From the IMG/VR virus record IMGVR_UViG_3300027566_000003: a stretch of DNA of 64,000 bases. The stretch is one strand, 5' to 3'. Every line of letters starts with the position of its first letter. Within the stretch, counting starts at the first letter, position 1. A program made the position numbers and the translations under genes. This DNA comes from a virus (lineage: Duplodnaviria > Caudoviricetes). The notes below the pieces were generated by a model. It ran no database searches, was not told the origin of the DNA, and saw only the letters and a program-made list of their open reading frames with translations. This document shows, in pieces, positions 19,668 to 29,694 of the stretch.

Positions 19668-20209
19668 AATCTTACACCTCCTTGTTATTTTGATACCACC
19701 TAGCAGGATTGTTATAAACCCTGCTAACGCTCTGAGCTTAAGGCGTATTATACCGACTCAGACCAGTGTTAATGTTTTACATCAAATATTTCTTTCCATT
19801 CTTCATTTTCACAAACATATTCTTCGCTTTTAAGATTAACAGAGTGAAAATTATAATCTTTATCAAAATGTCCATAATACATTTCACCCTCGATAAAACC
19901 ATGAACTGACTTTTTACATATTAACTTAATCATTTTTTAAAACTCCTTTCTATTCCTAGCAAACTTGCTATTGATTGGGTTAAAATTATCTAAACATTCT
20001 TTTTTCTAATAAAATATTATGCTCATCATTAAAAGCATCTGATATTGCTTTTCTTACATATTCGCTATCCATTGCTTTCTTAAATACCTTATCAAAGTCT
20101 TTTTCTGACATTCCCCTGTCAATATATTCATCGAATAATCCCTGTTTAACATCCTTTAAACTCATTTTTAATCATCCTTTCACCCAATGAATTAATAGAT
20201 TTATTGGTA

Positions 20210-20641
20210 TCAAATAACCCTCTCTAATTCCTCTTCCCAATATCCATTACTAGTATTTTCAGTAATTTGAACTACAAATATCTTTCTACCTTTCATAGAT
20301 TTTTGAATTTCGACAATTTCTCCTTTAAGCATACTTTTTCTAATTTTAACTTTATCCCCAATTTTGAAATATTCTATAGTCTCAAAATCCTTCCCAAATA
20401 ATATTTTACATTCCTCATATGAAAAAGGTTCCTCAATAAAAATATCACTATTGTCAATAGTAACGCAATATTCTACATCATCCAATGGAAGAACACATTC
20501 TGATTTATTCTCGATAACTGCAATATCTCCTACCACAATATCTTGGAATATATCAATTGATGAATCATGATTGCTCCAATTAATATCTTTAACATTTACA
20601 ATAGGTAATTTAATTGACATAATAATAATTCCTTCTTTCAC
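20210..20641 (-). CDS. hypothetical protein with C-terminal SH3/KOW-like domain
   Basis: FKIGDKVK...GEIVEI. Confidence 0.65.
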   Translation of the reverse strand: MKEGIIIMSIKLPIVNVKDINWSNHDSSIDIFQDIVVGDIAVIENKSECVLPLDDVEYCVTIDNSDIFIEEPFSYEECKILFGKDFETIEYFKIGDKVKIRKSMLKGEIVEIQKSMKGRKIFVVQITENTSNGYWEEELERVI

Positions 20642-20700
20642 TTAATTTAATCGCTGAACCATATAACCTCGGCTGTTATAAAAAATTTGACATATACAAA

Positions 20701-20967
20701 TTATACCACAATCAACTCATCATGCCTAACTAATTCCACCTGCTTATCTGTAAACAAATATTCAAGAATTTTCCTCCTATTCTTTCCGTAAGTAAACAAA
20801 TGAGTTTTAATAAAAGCTTTCTGGCCTCTCCTGACTACATAGCCCTTTGATCTCCAACCTTCAAATGTATCAAGGTTATTTCCGTCATAATTAAATCCTT
20901 TCATAAATGCTTCTTGGGAAATAATCTCTTGATTTGCTTTTTGAATATTGATGCTAGTAATTGACAT
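20701..20967 (-). CDS. ArdC-N-like ssDNA-binding protein (short)
   Basis: TFEGWRSKGYVVRRGQKA motif. Confidence 0.65.
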   Translation of the reverse strand: MSITSINIQKANQEIISQEAFMKGFNYDGNNLDTFEGWRSKGYVVRRGQKAFIKTHLFTYGKNRRKILEYLFTDKQVELVRHDELIVV

Positions 20968-21088
20968 ATGTATTCCTCCTTTATTTTATACTCAGTTAAC
21001 TTATATACCTTATTACCTACACGCTAATAATAGTATTATATATTATTTTCATATTTATTACTAGCGTGTATCTGGTAAGATATATAAA

Positions 21089-21361
21089 TTATGCTGCAAT
21101 GGATTTCTTAGAAGAAGCGATTAGAACAACCTCAGACAGTGGAAGAATTTTAGTCACAGTTCTGTTATTCCAGACTTTTAGCCGTACTTCAGCATAGGGA
21201 ACAGGTTCAAGTCCTCCAAGATAAGCAATATGGATTATATAGCCTCGGTATGGTCTGAGTGTTCCATGTTCACCGGAATAAATCATTTGTTTGCCCAAAT
21301 AGAGTTCATTTAAATGTGATACAGATATTTTGAGTAATTTCTTTTCACTTTTCATTCTCAT
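21089..21361 (-). CDS. hypothetical phage protein
   Basis: ORF. Confidence 0.55.
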   Translation of the reverse strand: MRMKSEKKLLKISVSHLNELYLGKQMIYSGEHGTLRPYRGYIIHIAYLGGLEPVPYAEVRLKVWNNRTVTKILPLSEVVLIASSKKSIAA

Positions 21362-21595
21362 TAGTGTAACCTTCTTTCATAATTTTATTTTCTACTTTTT
21401 GAAGATGGCATTGAAAGCAATAAGACCATTGAAATTAGCCGGAACATTTTGACGTTGGCAAATGGATATGTATTGATTAAGGATGAAATATGACATAGTG
21501 TAATCCTCCTTTTTTATTTTTGGATGTATTAAGTTTACATCCTTTACTCAAATTCTATCAACTGTTATTGAGATTTGTGTTATACAGAATTTGAA

Positions 21596-21615
21596 TAAAG
21601 AGCATAAGCTCTTTA
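21596..21615. terminator. hairpin or terminator
   Basis: TAAAGAGC-ATAA-GCTCTTTA at the gene end. Confidence 0.55.
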
Positions 21616-21951
21616 ATGGTCAATACTTTCATAACTTAAATCTTTGTCTTTGATAAATAATATTACCCTGTCAACTAAGTCTTCAAGTTCCTGCCCATCA
21701 TAATCCTTATAGGAATTAAAGTTAATTTGTTCCGCGAAGGGTTCAATATACTTTGTAACTCTTTCTTCAAATTCAAAAATGGAATCACCATCATTATATT
21801 TGCGGTAATAGATTTTAGAGATTGTTATAAACAAATTCATATATTTGTTAGTGGTGTAACCATAGTCAGGCATTAACTCATTTAATTTGTTCACATCTTC
21901 TTGATATTTACCATTCTTTCCCCAATATGAATTTTTAAAACAAAATTCCAT
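21613..21951 (-). CDS. hypothetical phage protein
   Basis: ORF with SD. Confidence 0.7.
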   Translation of the reverse strand: MEFCFKNSYWGKNGKYQEDVNKLNELMPDYGYTTNKYMNLFITISKIYYRKYNDGDSIFEFEERVTKYIEPFAEQINFNSYKDYDGQELEDLVDRVILFIKDKDLSYESIDH

Positions 21952-22070
21952 TTAATCCAACTCCCTTTAAATTATTTTAGGTATCAATGCCCTCTAAACT
22001 CCCCAAACTCACAAGTCTTGACGTTATGTTGTTATTGCTTGTTTGGAGGTCTTAGAGGGCATTGACTGCC

Positions 22071-22265
22071 CTAACGAGTCATATCAATAATTCTAAAATA
22101 ACTTTTAGCATCTTCCTCAGTATTAGCTTTGATTTTGCCCATTATTTGGTTTTGTTTTGCCCATGCTTCATTGTCTGTTAATTTAATGTTTACATTTCGC
22201 GTTCCCATGTGTACTACTTCAGCCACAACAAAGAAAGTTTTTGAACCGTTACCGATTTTAAACAT
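22071..22265 (-). CDS. hypothetical phage protein
   Basis: ORF with GGAGG SD. Confidence 0.6.
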   Translation of the reverse strand: MFKIGNGSKTFFVVAEVVHMGTRNVNIKLTDNEAWAKQNQIMGKIKANTEEDAKSYFRIIDMTR

Positions 22266-22319
22266 TGTTATTCCTCCTTATTTATAATCATTTAAAATTC
22301 GTGATTGGTGGGTAATTTT

Positions 22320-22526
22320 TTAAATAAGTCTGGCTGCCTTTGCTTTTCTAAATAGGTTGAAACAATGTTGACAAGACTTAATATTTTTTTGACCTATTTT
22401 TTCACATTTTTTACATTCCGATAAACTAATACATGTTCGGAAACCTTCGGGAATTATTAATTCTTCAGATGTGTTGCTTTCCGACTCGCTTATTCGTTTA
22501 TCCTTAAATTCATATATATTTCCCAT
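22320..22526 (-). CDS. hypothetical Cys-rich protein
   Basis: ORF with SD. Confidence 0.6.
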   Translation of the reverse strand: MGNIYEFKDKRISESESNTSEELIIPEGFRTCISLSECKKCEKIGQKNIKSCQHCFNLFRKAKAARLI

Positions 22527-22529
22527 TTA

Positions 22530-22745
22530 CTATACCCCTTTCCCAATTCTTTTAACATTATATGCTAAATCCTCTAAAATATTTTGGAAATCTCCTCTAG
22601 TCATTTTGTCTTTTTTCTCCTCAATAATGTCTAGGTATCGTTCGATAATATTTGTTTCAATTCCCTTTGCCATTTTGCTTTTTGCAATCTCTAGTTTTTG
22701 AATTTCAGAATTAAATTTGTTAAGTTCATCTAAATCTAGATACAT
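22530..22745 (-). CDS. hypothetical coiled-coil protein
   Basis: ORF with SD. Confidence 0.6.
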   Translation of the reverse strand: MYLDLDELNKFNSEIQKLEIAKSKMAKGIETNIIERYLDIIEEKKDKMTRGDFQNILEDLAYNVKRIGKGV

Positions 22746-22838
22746 TTAATACACTTCCTTTCTTTACTTCGAAATTAAGCAAGTAACATTTGTTATTGTT
22801 ATATGTTACCTGCCCACCATCGACACAAAGAAGGGTTA

Positions 22839-23267
22839 TTAACCGTGTTTTGAACACCATTCACTCTGTGCATGTCTGGCCTTTCTAAAAATAGATGCCA
22901 TTCTTGCATCATTTTCGACTTCATCCTTAGTCATTCCTAGAGCATCTAACGTAGGCTCTATATCCCATGTTATGCAATATTCATGATTACCTAGTTCATA
23001 ATCAAACATATCATAAAGGAATTGATCATCTTTTCTTGCTTGCTTCATTTCTTCTTCATGTCTGTTGATGATTGAATGAAGTTCTTTAACATCAGTTTTC
23101 CTGTAGTAACCACCGCCACCAGTTTTATAAAGCTTATCAGTTTCAGAAGGATTTAACCCTAGTTTGTTCATACCTTCTTCAAATTGAGCATTTGAGAAAG
23201 CAAAGAACATAGGGAAATTATTGATGTCCTCTTGGTGTTGGTCTTTTAATGCCTTGTATAAATTCAT
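22839..23267 (-). CDS. hypothetical protein of Bacillota mobile elements
   Basis: FPMFFAFSNAQFEEGM...YELGNHEY; SD present. Confidence 0.7.
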   Translation of the reverse strand: MNLYKALKDQHQEDINNFPMFFAFSNAQFEEGMNKLGLNPSETDKLYKTGGGGYYRKTDVKELHSIINRHEEEMKQARKDDQFLYDMFDYELGNHEYCITWDIEPTLDALGMTKDEVENDARMASIFRKARHAQSEWCSKHG

Positions 23268-23377
23268 GTTAATACACTCTCCTTTGATTTGTTATAGGCC
23301 AATTGTTATATAATTTCCATAATCAGCCTTTTTCAATCCGTAACCACTATATACATTATAGCATATTTTACGGACTC

Positions 23378-23402
23378 AAAAAGGGAATTATGTCAATTCC
23401 CT
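23378..23402 (-). terminator. dnaN terminator
   Basis: AGGGAATT-N5-AATTCCCT followed by a T-run on the - strand. Confidence 0.7.
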
Positions 23403-23419
23403 AAATTTTATTTTATAAT

Positions 23420-24508
23420 TTATGCTGCCGTATTTAATCTTTTCATGTCTTTTATTCTGACAGGTAAAACAATTGAATTATTAAAACTAATTGGAGAATA
23501 TGCGCCATTGAATTTTATTTCAATCTCTTCCCCTTCTACATTCTTTAGTGCATCAGTCAAAAGCTTATAAGATACTGCCATACATTCTATGAGTTCGCCT
23601 GTTATGTCAGATTCTATATTCAGCGTTACTGCGTTGCCTTCAGCCATTGCATCAAAGTATATAGCATTCTGTTCGACTGCTAAAGTTATGACTCCATTTG
23701 ATTGTTTGGCAAGTTCTTCAATGAATGAAAGTTCGTCAAGTAATTTTTTAACATTTAATTTTACATTCGTTTTGTGGTCTTGAGGAAGAACTTGCTTATA
23801 GTTTAAAAAATCACCTTCAATCAATCGAGTAATAACTAAAGTGTTTTGGAATTCAAGTTTTAAGTATTTGCACTTTTTATCGACTGATACTATAACAGGA
23901 AACCCGCTAACTTTTTTATCAAGTAGAGATCCAATTAACAATTTTGTGGTTTGCAAAGGAATTATAATTTGTTTATCAAGAGTATTAACGATTTGAGCTT
24001 TATACCATGCTAATCTATGTGTATCTGTTGAAAGGAAAGTATTTTGATCGATGCATACTCCATTAAATACTGGTCTATTGTCTTCGATAGCTGAAGCATA
24101 ATTAACCGAAAAAGCTTTGATTAATTCGGGTTGTGAAATTGTAAAGGCTGTGAACGTACATTCGTCGTGTGTTATCGGGAATTCTTCAGGATCGATTGAA
24201 GTGAATTTTAAAGTTTTATTTCCCGCTTGGATAAGGTTTTCACTTATCACAATTTCGTATGTATTTTTTAATTTTGCGATAAGTTTTAATGTCTCATTAC
24301 TTAGTAACATTTCGCCTGATTCCATGATACTACCTGACAGAGTAAAGACAGTTACAACCTCTAAATTATTCGCGGTCACTGTTATTGCTCCAGTAAGCGT
24401 GGAGAACTTGACAGAATGTAATACTGGAAGCTTTGAACCTTTTGCTATAACTTTTTGAGCTTTTTTGATAACTTCTTGAAGTTCGGAAACGTTTAAGGAT
24501 ATTTTCAT
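23420..24508 (-). CDS. dnaN: DNA polymerase III beta sliding clamp (phage copy)
   Basis: 362 aa; ANNLE, EEFP, RPVFNGV, STDTHRLA, RLIEGDFLNYKQVLP and VLPVR motifs. Confidence 0.92.
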   Translation of the reverse strand: MKISLNVSELQEVIKKAQKVIAKGSKLPVLHSVKFSTLTGAITVTANNLEVVTVFTLSGSIMESGEMLLSNETLKLIAKLKNTYEIVISENLIQAGNKTLKFTSIDPEEFPITHDECTFTAFTISQPELIKAFSVNYASAIEDNRPVFNGVCIDQNTFLSTDTHRLAWYKAQIVNTLDKQIIIPLQTTKLLIGSLLDKKVSGFPVIVSVDKKCKYLKLEFQNTLVITRLIEGDFLNYKQVLPQDHKTNVKLNVKKLLDELSFIEELAKQSNGVITLAVEQNAIYFDAMAEGNAVTLNIESDITGELIECMAVSYKLLTDALKNVEGEEIEIKFNGAYSPISFNNSIVLPVRIKDMKRLNTAA

Positions 24509-24813
24509 AAGTTTTAACCTCTTTCGTTTTTTATTTTAGAGTTTATACTCTCCAAGGTATTTCAACTTTTTGTTATTGAAATACCCTAGAGAACATAATC
24601 CAACCAAAACATGATTTGAAGGGATTAAAAGTTTAATATTATGCCAACTGATAATAATTTCTCTCTTCTCATTTTAATGTATTTTCTAATTGATTCGCTA
24701 CATACATTATAGCGATATTTCCAAACTGAATGTGCTATATCGCTTGAAAATCCATCGTAAGATATTGACATATGATTCATTTTTTCAACTCCTTTGAATT
24801 TTTCCGAGTACAC

Positions 24814-24837
24814 AAAGGGACTTTTTAAGCCCCTTTT
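24814..24837. terminator. intrinsic terminator
   Basis: AAAGGG-N11-CCCTTT downstream of the DUF262 gene. Confidence 0.5.
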
Positions 24838-24863
24838 GCATAATAATAAAACTCTTTAGGAGA

Positions 24864-26306
24864 TTAAGCAACATTATTAACAATGTTTAGGATTGCTTTT
24901 GCTTCTTCTTGGAATTTCTGTTCCTGTTCTTGATCATCGGCAGTCTGTTCTTCAGTTTGTTCTTGGTTTTCTTCGCTCAACTCTTCTTGGACTGCTGTTA
25001 TAACAGGTTCGAGGTTTTCAGTTTGTTGAGGTTGTTCCCATGGTTCTTCCTCTTGTTCAATTTCTTTCTCTTCATCCTCCTGGTTGGGAGAATATGAACT
25101 TAGTTTCCCCAATTCCGCATTGATTGCATTCAAGCGCATTTCTACACGTTTTAAATCAATGGCCTTATCTTGTAATCCTTCCTTATACTCCTTAGTTGGA
25201 GCTTGGAAGAAATTATAAGCCCATGCAGAAAACTCTTCAACGTCAACATTATTTTTTACTGCCACATAAGCAGAATATACTAACATAGTTGTACAGGTTT
25301 TATTTAGCCAAGTATAGCGATAAGTCGAATAGTTTTTAACCCTTTTATTCCCTTCTTTCTCGTCGGTTTTCTTTTTGTTGCTAATCCAAATTTCTGTTGC
25401 TTCTGAAAGATAATTGGAAGTATTTATCATATCATCCTCAATTTCTTCGGGTACTCCCAATTCTCTGAAACCATAGATCACCTTGTCAATGTTGTCCTTA
25501 GATAGTTCAATGGCCCCGCCATTATGTATTAGCGTGATGACTTGAGAAAGAATCTCGTCTCCTGCGTTTCCTTTTGCCGATAGTGGGGGTAAAGCGTGTA
25601 AAATCCAATCACTATTTAAAATAAGTCTGAATAATTTACGTGTATTACTCCCCATTGCTGCCTTGCGAATTTCGGCAGGTTTTAACCCTTTGGCTCCTGA
25701 ATTCATTTGCACGAATGCTTTTTCTGCATCTTCTTCAGAACAATTATTCATTGTTGTTATGCGAAGCTGATAACCTTTGATGATGTCCTGCCACAATTCC
25801 GGCAATTGGGAAAATGTTTTTCCGTGAAGCGTTTCCATAGCGTTAAATTGCTCGCCTTCGATTGTAAATTTCGGGAACATGGTTTTTGACATGTCAAGTT
25901 TAAATCCATCATTGATAAAAAGGAAAATGGAGGTTAAACGCTGCTGACCGTCAACAGTTTTGCGGAATTGACTCTTATCATCTGCGCGGTAGACTGTTAC
26001 TTCAGGGACTGGATTTTTGAGAAGCAGAGTTTGAATAAGGTTTGAAGCCCTCCATATTTCCCAAACATAACCACGTTGTGATTCCATGAAATCACGAAGG
26101 GTTTTAAGCTCTTTCCCTTCGCTTTCCTTTTTTGTGACAAGGAAATTTTGGAGATATTTGCCAACAGTGTAGTATTGTTTTTCAATGTGTTCGATAAGAG
26201 TTTTAATGTCGCGTTTTTCAGTGGTAAAAGTGATTTCTTTCTTTTCTTCAGACATTTTATTTTCCTCCTTTTTAATAGACTCAAGCCGAAACATTAATTT
26301 TGTCAT
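24864..26306 (-). CDS. DUF262 (GmrS/ParB-Srx-like) domain protein with acidic tail
   Basis: QRGYVW...LIQTLLLKNPVP...DGQQRLTSI...F..MNSG. Confidence 0.85.
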   Translation of the reverse strand: MTKLMFRLESIKKEENKMSEEKKEITFTTEKRDIKTLIEHIEKQYYTVGKYLQNFLVTKKESEGKELKTLRDFMESQRGYVWEIWRASNLIQTLLLKNPVPEVTVYRADDKSQFRKTVDGQQRLTSIFLFINDGFKLDMSKTMFPKFTIEGEQFNAMETLHGKTFSQLPELWQDIIKGYQLRITTMNNCSEEDAEKAFVQMNSGAKGLKPAEIRKAAMGSNTRKLFRLILNSDWILHALPPLSAKGNAGDEILSQVITLIHNGGAIELSKDNIDKVIYGFRELGVPEEIEDDMINTSNYLSEATEIWISNKKKTDEKEGNKRVKNYSTYRYTWLNKTCTTMLVYSAYVAVKNNVDVEEFSAWAYNFFQAPTKEYKEGLQDKAIDLKRVEMRLNAINAELGKLSSYSPNQEDEEKEIEQEEEPWEQPQQTENLEPVITAVQEELSEENQEQTEEQTADDQEQEQKFQEEAKAILNIVNNVA

Positions 26307-26375
26307 AGAGGATTTTTTAATGTTTCGGGCTTCAACCTATTATTAAGGATTAAGGTAAAATTTATTTGGGTTTGC

Positions 26376-26576
26376 TTATACCTTTTCAACTCTGTTAATT
26401 TTCATATCAAAATCAATTTGTACATTGTCCAAATAACATGCGCATGGATTGTTTTTATCAAGAAGAATTTCATCACATTTTACAGTAATACCATAAAGTT
26501 GAATACCATTGTCAGCCAGTAAATAGATTTTAAATGTTTTCATTATTAAAACCTCCTTCATTTTAAAGAACTTCAT
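26376..26576 (-). CDS. hypothetical protein (start probably MKTFK, downstream of an AGGAGG SD)
   Basis: ORF. Confidence 0.55.
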   Translation of the reverse strand: MKFFKMKEVLIMKTFKIYLLADNGIQLYGITVKCDEILLDKNNPCACYLDNVQIDFDMKINRVEKV

Positions 26577-26630
26577 GTCCTTTCTAGATTATATCATATT
26601 GTGTTATGATATAATCTAGAAAGGACATGA
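26573..26630. repeat. perfect 26-bp inverted repeat with 6-bp spacer
   Basis: TCATGTCCTTTCTAGATTATATCATA-TTGTGT-TATGATATAATCTAGAAAGGACATGA. Confidence 0.95.
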
Positions 26631-26704
26631 TATTTTGCAATAAAATGTCTTTTTGATAGTATCTCTTTTTAGGATATGCTTTTGTTAATACCTGCTTATT
26701 ATTT

Positions 26705-26992
26705 TTAGTAAGGGCTAACATGGAAATGATTTTTAAAGAATGGATCTTTTGCTTTTGGAAAATCAACTATAAAATCATTGACAAATTCGAGCAATTCTTT
26801 TTCCAATTTTTTTGTTTCTTTTGTTAAGTAACAAAAATAAAAATCTTCTAAATCAATAGCTTTCTCAAAAACAGATTGAGTAAAACATCCAGAAAGATTA
26901 TAGTTAGAAAATATTTTGTTTAATACTTGCTTATACCATTGTTTAAGTTCCATTTTGTTCAATCTCCTTTTAGCAGGTACTAACAAAGACAT
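26705..26992 (-). CDS. hypothetical phage protein
   Basis: ORF; internal SD suggests the start is MELK. Confidence 0.55.
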   Translation of the reverse strand: MSLLVPAKRRLNKMELKQWYKQVLNKIFSNYNLSGCFTQSVFEKAIDLEDFYFCYLTKETKKLEKELLEFVNDFIVDFPKAKDPFFKNHFHVSPY

Positions 26993-27799
26993 ATCCTTTG
27001 AAAGAGAGTATTTAATCCTTTCCTTATTACTTCCTTGGCTACCTTAGAGCCAGTATTTCCATATTGTTTAATTGCCATCAGACGCAAGCGAACTTATAGA
27101 CATATAAACAACTTTTGTATAACTTCAGGAAAGGTTTATGTAATTTTCAAAGAGCGAACCTTTTTAAGCATTCCCTGACTAGAGGTGCTTTCCTTCTGGT
27201 AGCCTTGGGCTTCGAAGGACTTATTCTTTGCTAAGAGTCTGATTACCTCCTAATAACTTACTGCTCAGTTTGTGCTTCTTGATACCATTTTAAACTATTT
27301 CTGACTAAATTACTAGTACCTTGGAAAAATTATTTTCCTCTTTATTGTCTTAACCTGCTAACTACTTCCTAACAGGTTTTCGTGTGCGCTCTTTGCTATG
27401 TACCCATTTTAAATCTTTTGCAACAATAAGTCATTTCTCAAATACAATTATTTTAAGCCTTATTAACTCGTTTTAGTGTGTTAGGTACTCTATTATCTAG
27501 GTATTGCTTATTGTAGTTAATTATTTTTAATTTTACTGATTTTATATTTTCTTTTATATATGATCTAATGGATTGATAATAGCACAAAATAGGTCGGAAT
27601 TGATTTAGAGCGACAGAAAGATGGTTTTAAGCTGTTTTATGATTTGTAGAGTGTAATTATGCTAGGTAATGTAATCTAAAGGCAAGAATGGACGTTTTTG
27701 TGGCAGGGAAATTGTTTTGGATTGTTTTGTTTGCGCTGCCTGAGTGCAGAGTATTTTATTTTTTATTTTAAGACAAAGAAAAAAGAACCCTTTCGGATT

Positions 27800-28039
27800 C
27801 TAGTTTAAATATACAAATGTGCTTTTATCCCAGTAAATTTGTTCTCTTACAATATTTATGCATAAATCCCAATTCATACATGGTTTTCTTTTTCTAGGCT
27901 CATAAACTTCAACTAACACTTTTGCAAAATCACTTTTGCCGATAATCTCTTTACTTATTATTTTTATTCTCCAGTCGAGTCCTGCAATTCCTTTTTCTGC
28001 TAAAACATTATGTATATTAGATTCAAATTTGTTAGTCAT
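27800..28039 (-). CDS. hypothetical phage protein
   Basis: ORF followed by a hairpin at 27784-27801. Confidence 0.65.
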   Translation of the reverse strand: MTNKFESNIHNVLAEKGIAGLDWRIKIISKEIIGKSDFAKVLVEVYEPRKRKPCMNWDLCINIVREQIYWDKSTFVYLN

Positions 28040-28263
28040 TGTTAACCAACTCCATTCAGTTTTTACTTATAAGTATTATATTCGCCATTGGGCATTCATA
28101 TTCCTTTATTTTATTTTCTATTTTATTAATAATATTTTATGGATTTTATTATTAGAGTTTTTAATGTAGTGGTAGTGTTTTGATTATAATTGATAATAAT
28201 TTGTGGATGGTTTGTATTTATATAGTAGACATTATAGGTATTATGTGTTTGTGAGGTGAACAT

Positions 28264-28347
28264 TGTGGATAAGTATGTGGATAACTTATAGTATACTGTG
28301 GGTTAGTCGTAATTGGTTGTTGATAAGTATAGGTTGATTGTGGATAA
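28264..28347 (-). promoter_or_regulatory. DnaA-box cluster (candidate origin element)
   Basis: Perfect TTATCCACA on the - strand at 28264-72, 28276-84 and 28339-47; one-mismatch box at 28318-26. Confidence 0.7.
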
Positions 28348-29665
28348 CTTTTATATTATTATCGAATAATGATAATTATTTATCGATAAACGATAATAAT
28401 ATGCTTATAGTGTAAACACAAATACTGCTGGATACTTTAGATAGATTATGGTTATTATGGTTATGTAGTATTTAATACTATATGACATGGTTATCTTTAT
28501 TATGTATTACAGTTATTGATAATATGTAAGTGTTCACTGATTCGCGCCATGTTATAACCTCCGATTTGCACAACGAGTAAAGTTACACATTGTGTAATTA
28601 TAATCATGACCAACCAGGATAACGAGTGCGGCATTCCTGATTCCGGCTCAACTCCCATCAGATATCTCACCGATCTGATATATCCAATTCTCTACCCCAA
28701 ATCAATTCTGCAAGCTCACACGACATATCTATATTAAATTAATCTAATATTATAATAAAGTGTATATTACTCAATCCCATTTTGTAACATTCAGTATAAT
28801 TGCTGTATCCCTTGCAGGAGTAAGGGTTGAGGTTTTCAGTATAATACAATTAGCTGTATTTTGTTGTCGTGTCCGTCAGTCGTGGACAGTTACTATTTAT
28901 ATTCGTTCTTTGTAGTAGTCTGATGCATTACCCGGCACTCTGTATATCGCTTGCAAAAGGTATTACCGGGCGTGGATTACAAATACCAGTAATTTCCATT
29001 CGACAGTATTCGACACAGTACATCTATCCACAGGAAAAATCCAAAAATCGAAACCATATACATTTTAAAATGTCAAGCAAATAATAGAAATATTTTCAAT
29101 CATACTTAAATAAAATTGTCAATACTAAATCAACAACAATTTCAAAAATTATCATCTAATTATCTCTAATTTTTATCGTCTCATCATCGCAAAAATCCTT
29201 ATCTTATCCCACTTTCACACAATATAAATCACTCTAAAATAATCAATAAATCTTAAATAATTTCTAAAAATCCATAAAAACAAATCAAAAATATCTCAAA
29301 ATCACTAATAATATCAAATAAACCAAACATTCCAACAACCTTAAATCCTATACCACAACACTTTTTGATATTAATCAAATATAAATAACCACCTAACACT
29401 CACAATAAATTAATCTCAAAACAACAAATCAAATCTAATTTCACCGATTAAAATATTAGCATTAAATCTAAAATCAATCTCGTCCAAAAGATCATAAATT
29501 ACCAATATCAAATAACCTTTAAACTATTGATATATCAATCATTTCACAATATTTTTTTACCTACTGCCTAGTGATTACAACTCCATTACGAATAATTTTA
29601 TACACATACCCGATATTCAAAAATCCAAATCAAATTTATTTACATAAAACATTATATAAAATATG

Positions 29666-29694
29666 TTGACACACTTCTTGCAATTTGATATACT
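29666..29694 (+). promoter_or_regulatory. sigA promoter with extended -10
   Basis: TTGACA-17-TATACT with upstream TG. Confidence 0.75.

Noticed and set aside
23382-23402. Operator around a TTGACA -35
   Set aside because: No -10 at 16-18 bp; a stem plus T-run right after dnaN fits a terminator.
26573-26630. Protelomerase telRL site
   Set aside because: The centre (TTGTGT) is not palindromic and no protelomerase gene is visible.
16421-27637. GAGCGA...TTTTAAGCTGTTT shared between 16421 and 27608
   Set aside because: Only two copies with different spacing, and one overlaps a coding end; likely chance.
28869-29084. 71-aa GTG-start ORF in the non-coding hub
   Set aside because: No SD, atypical composition and no recognisable motif.
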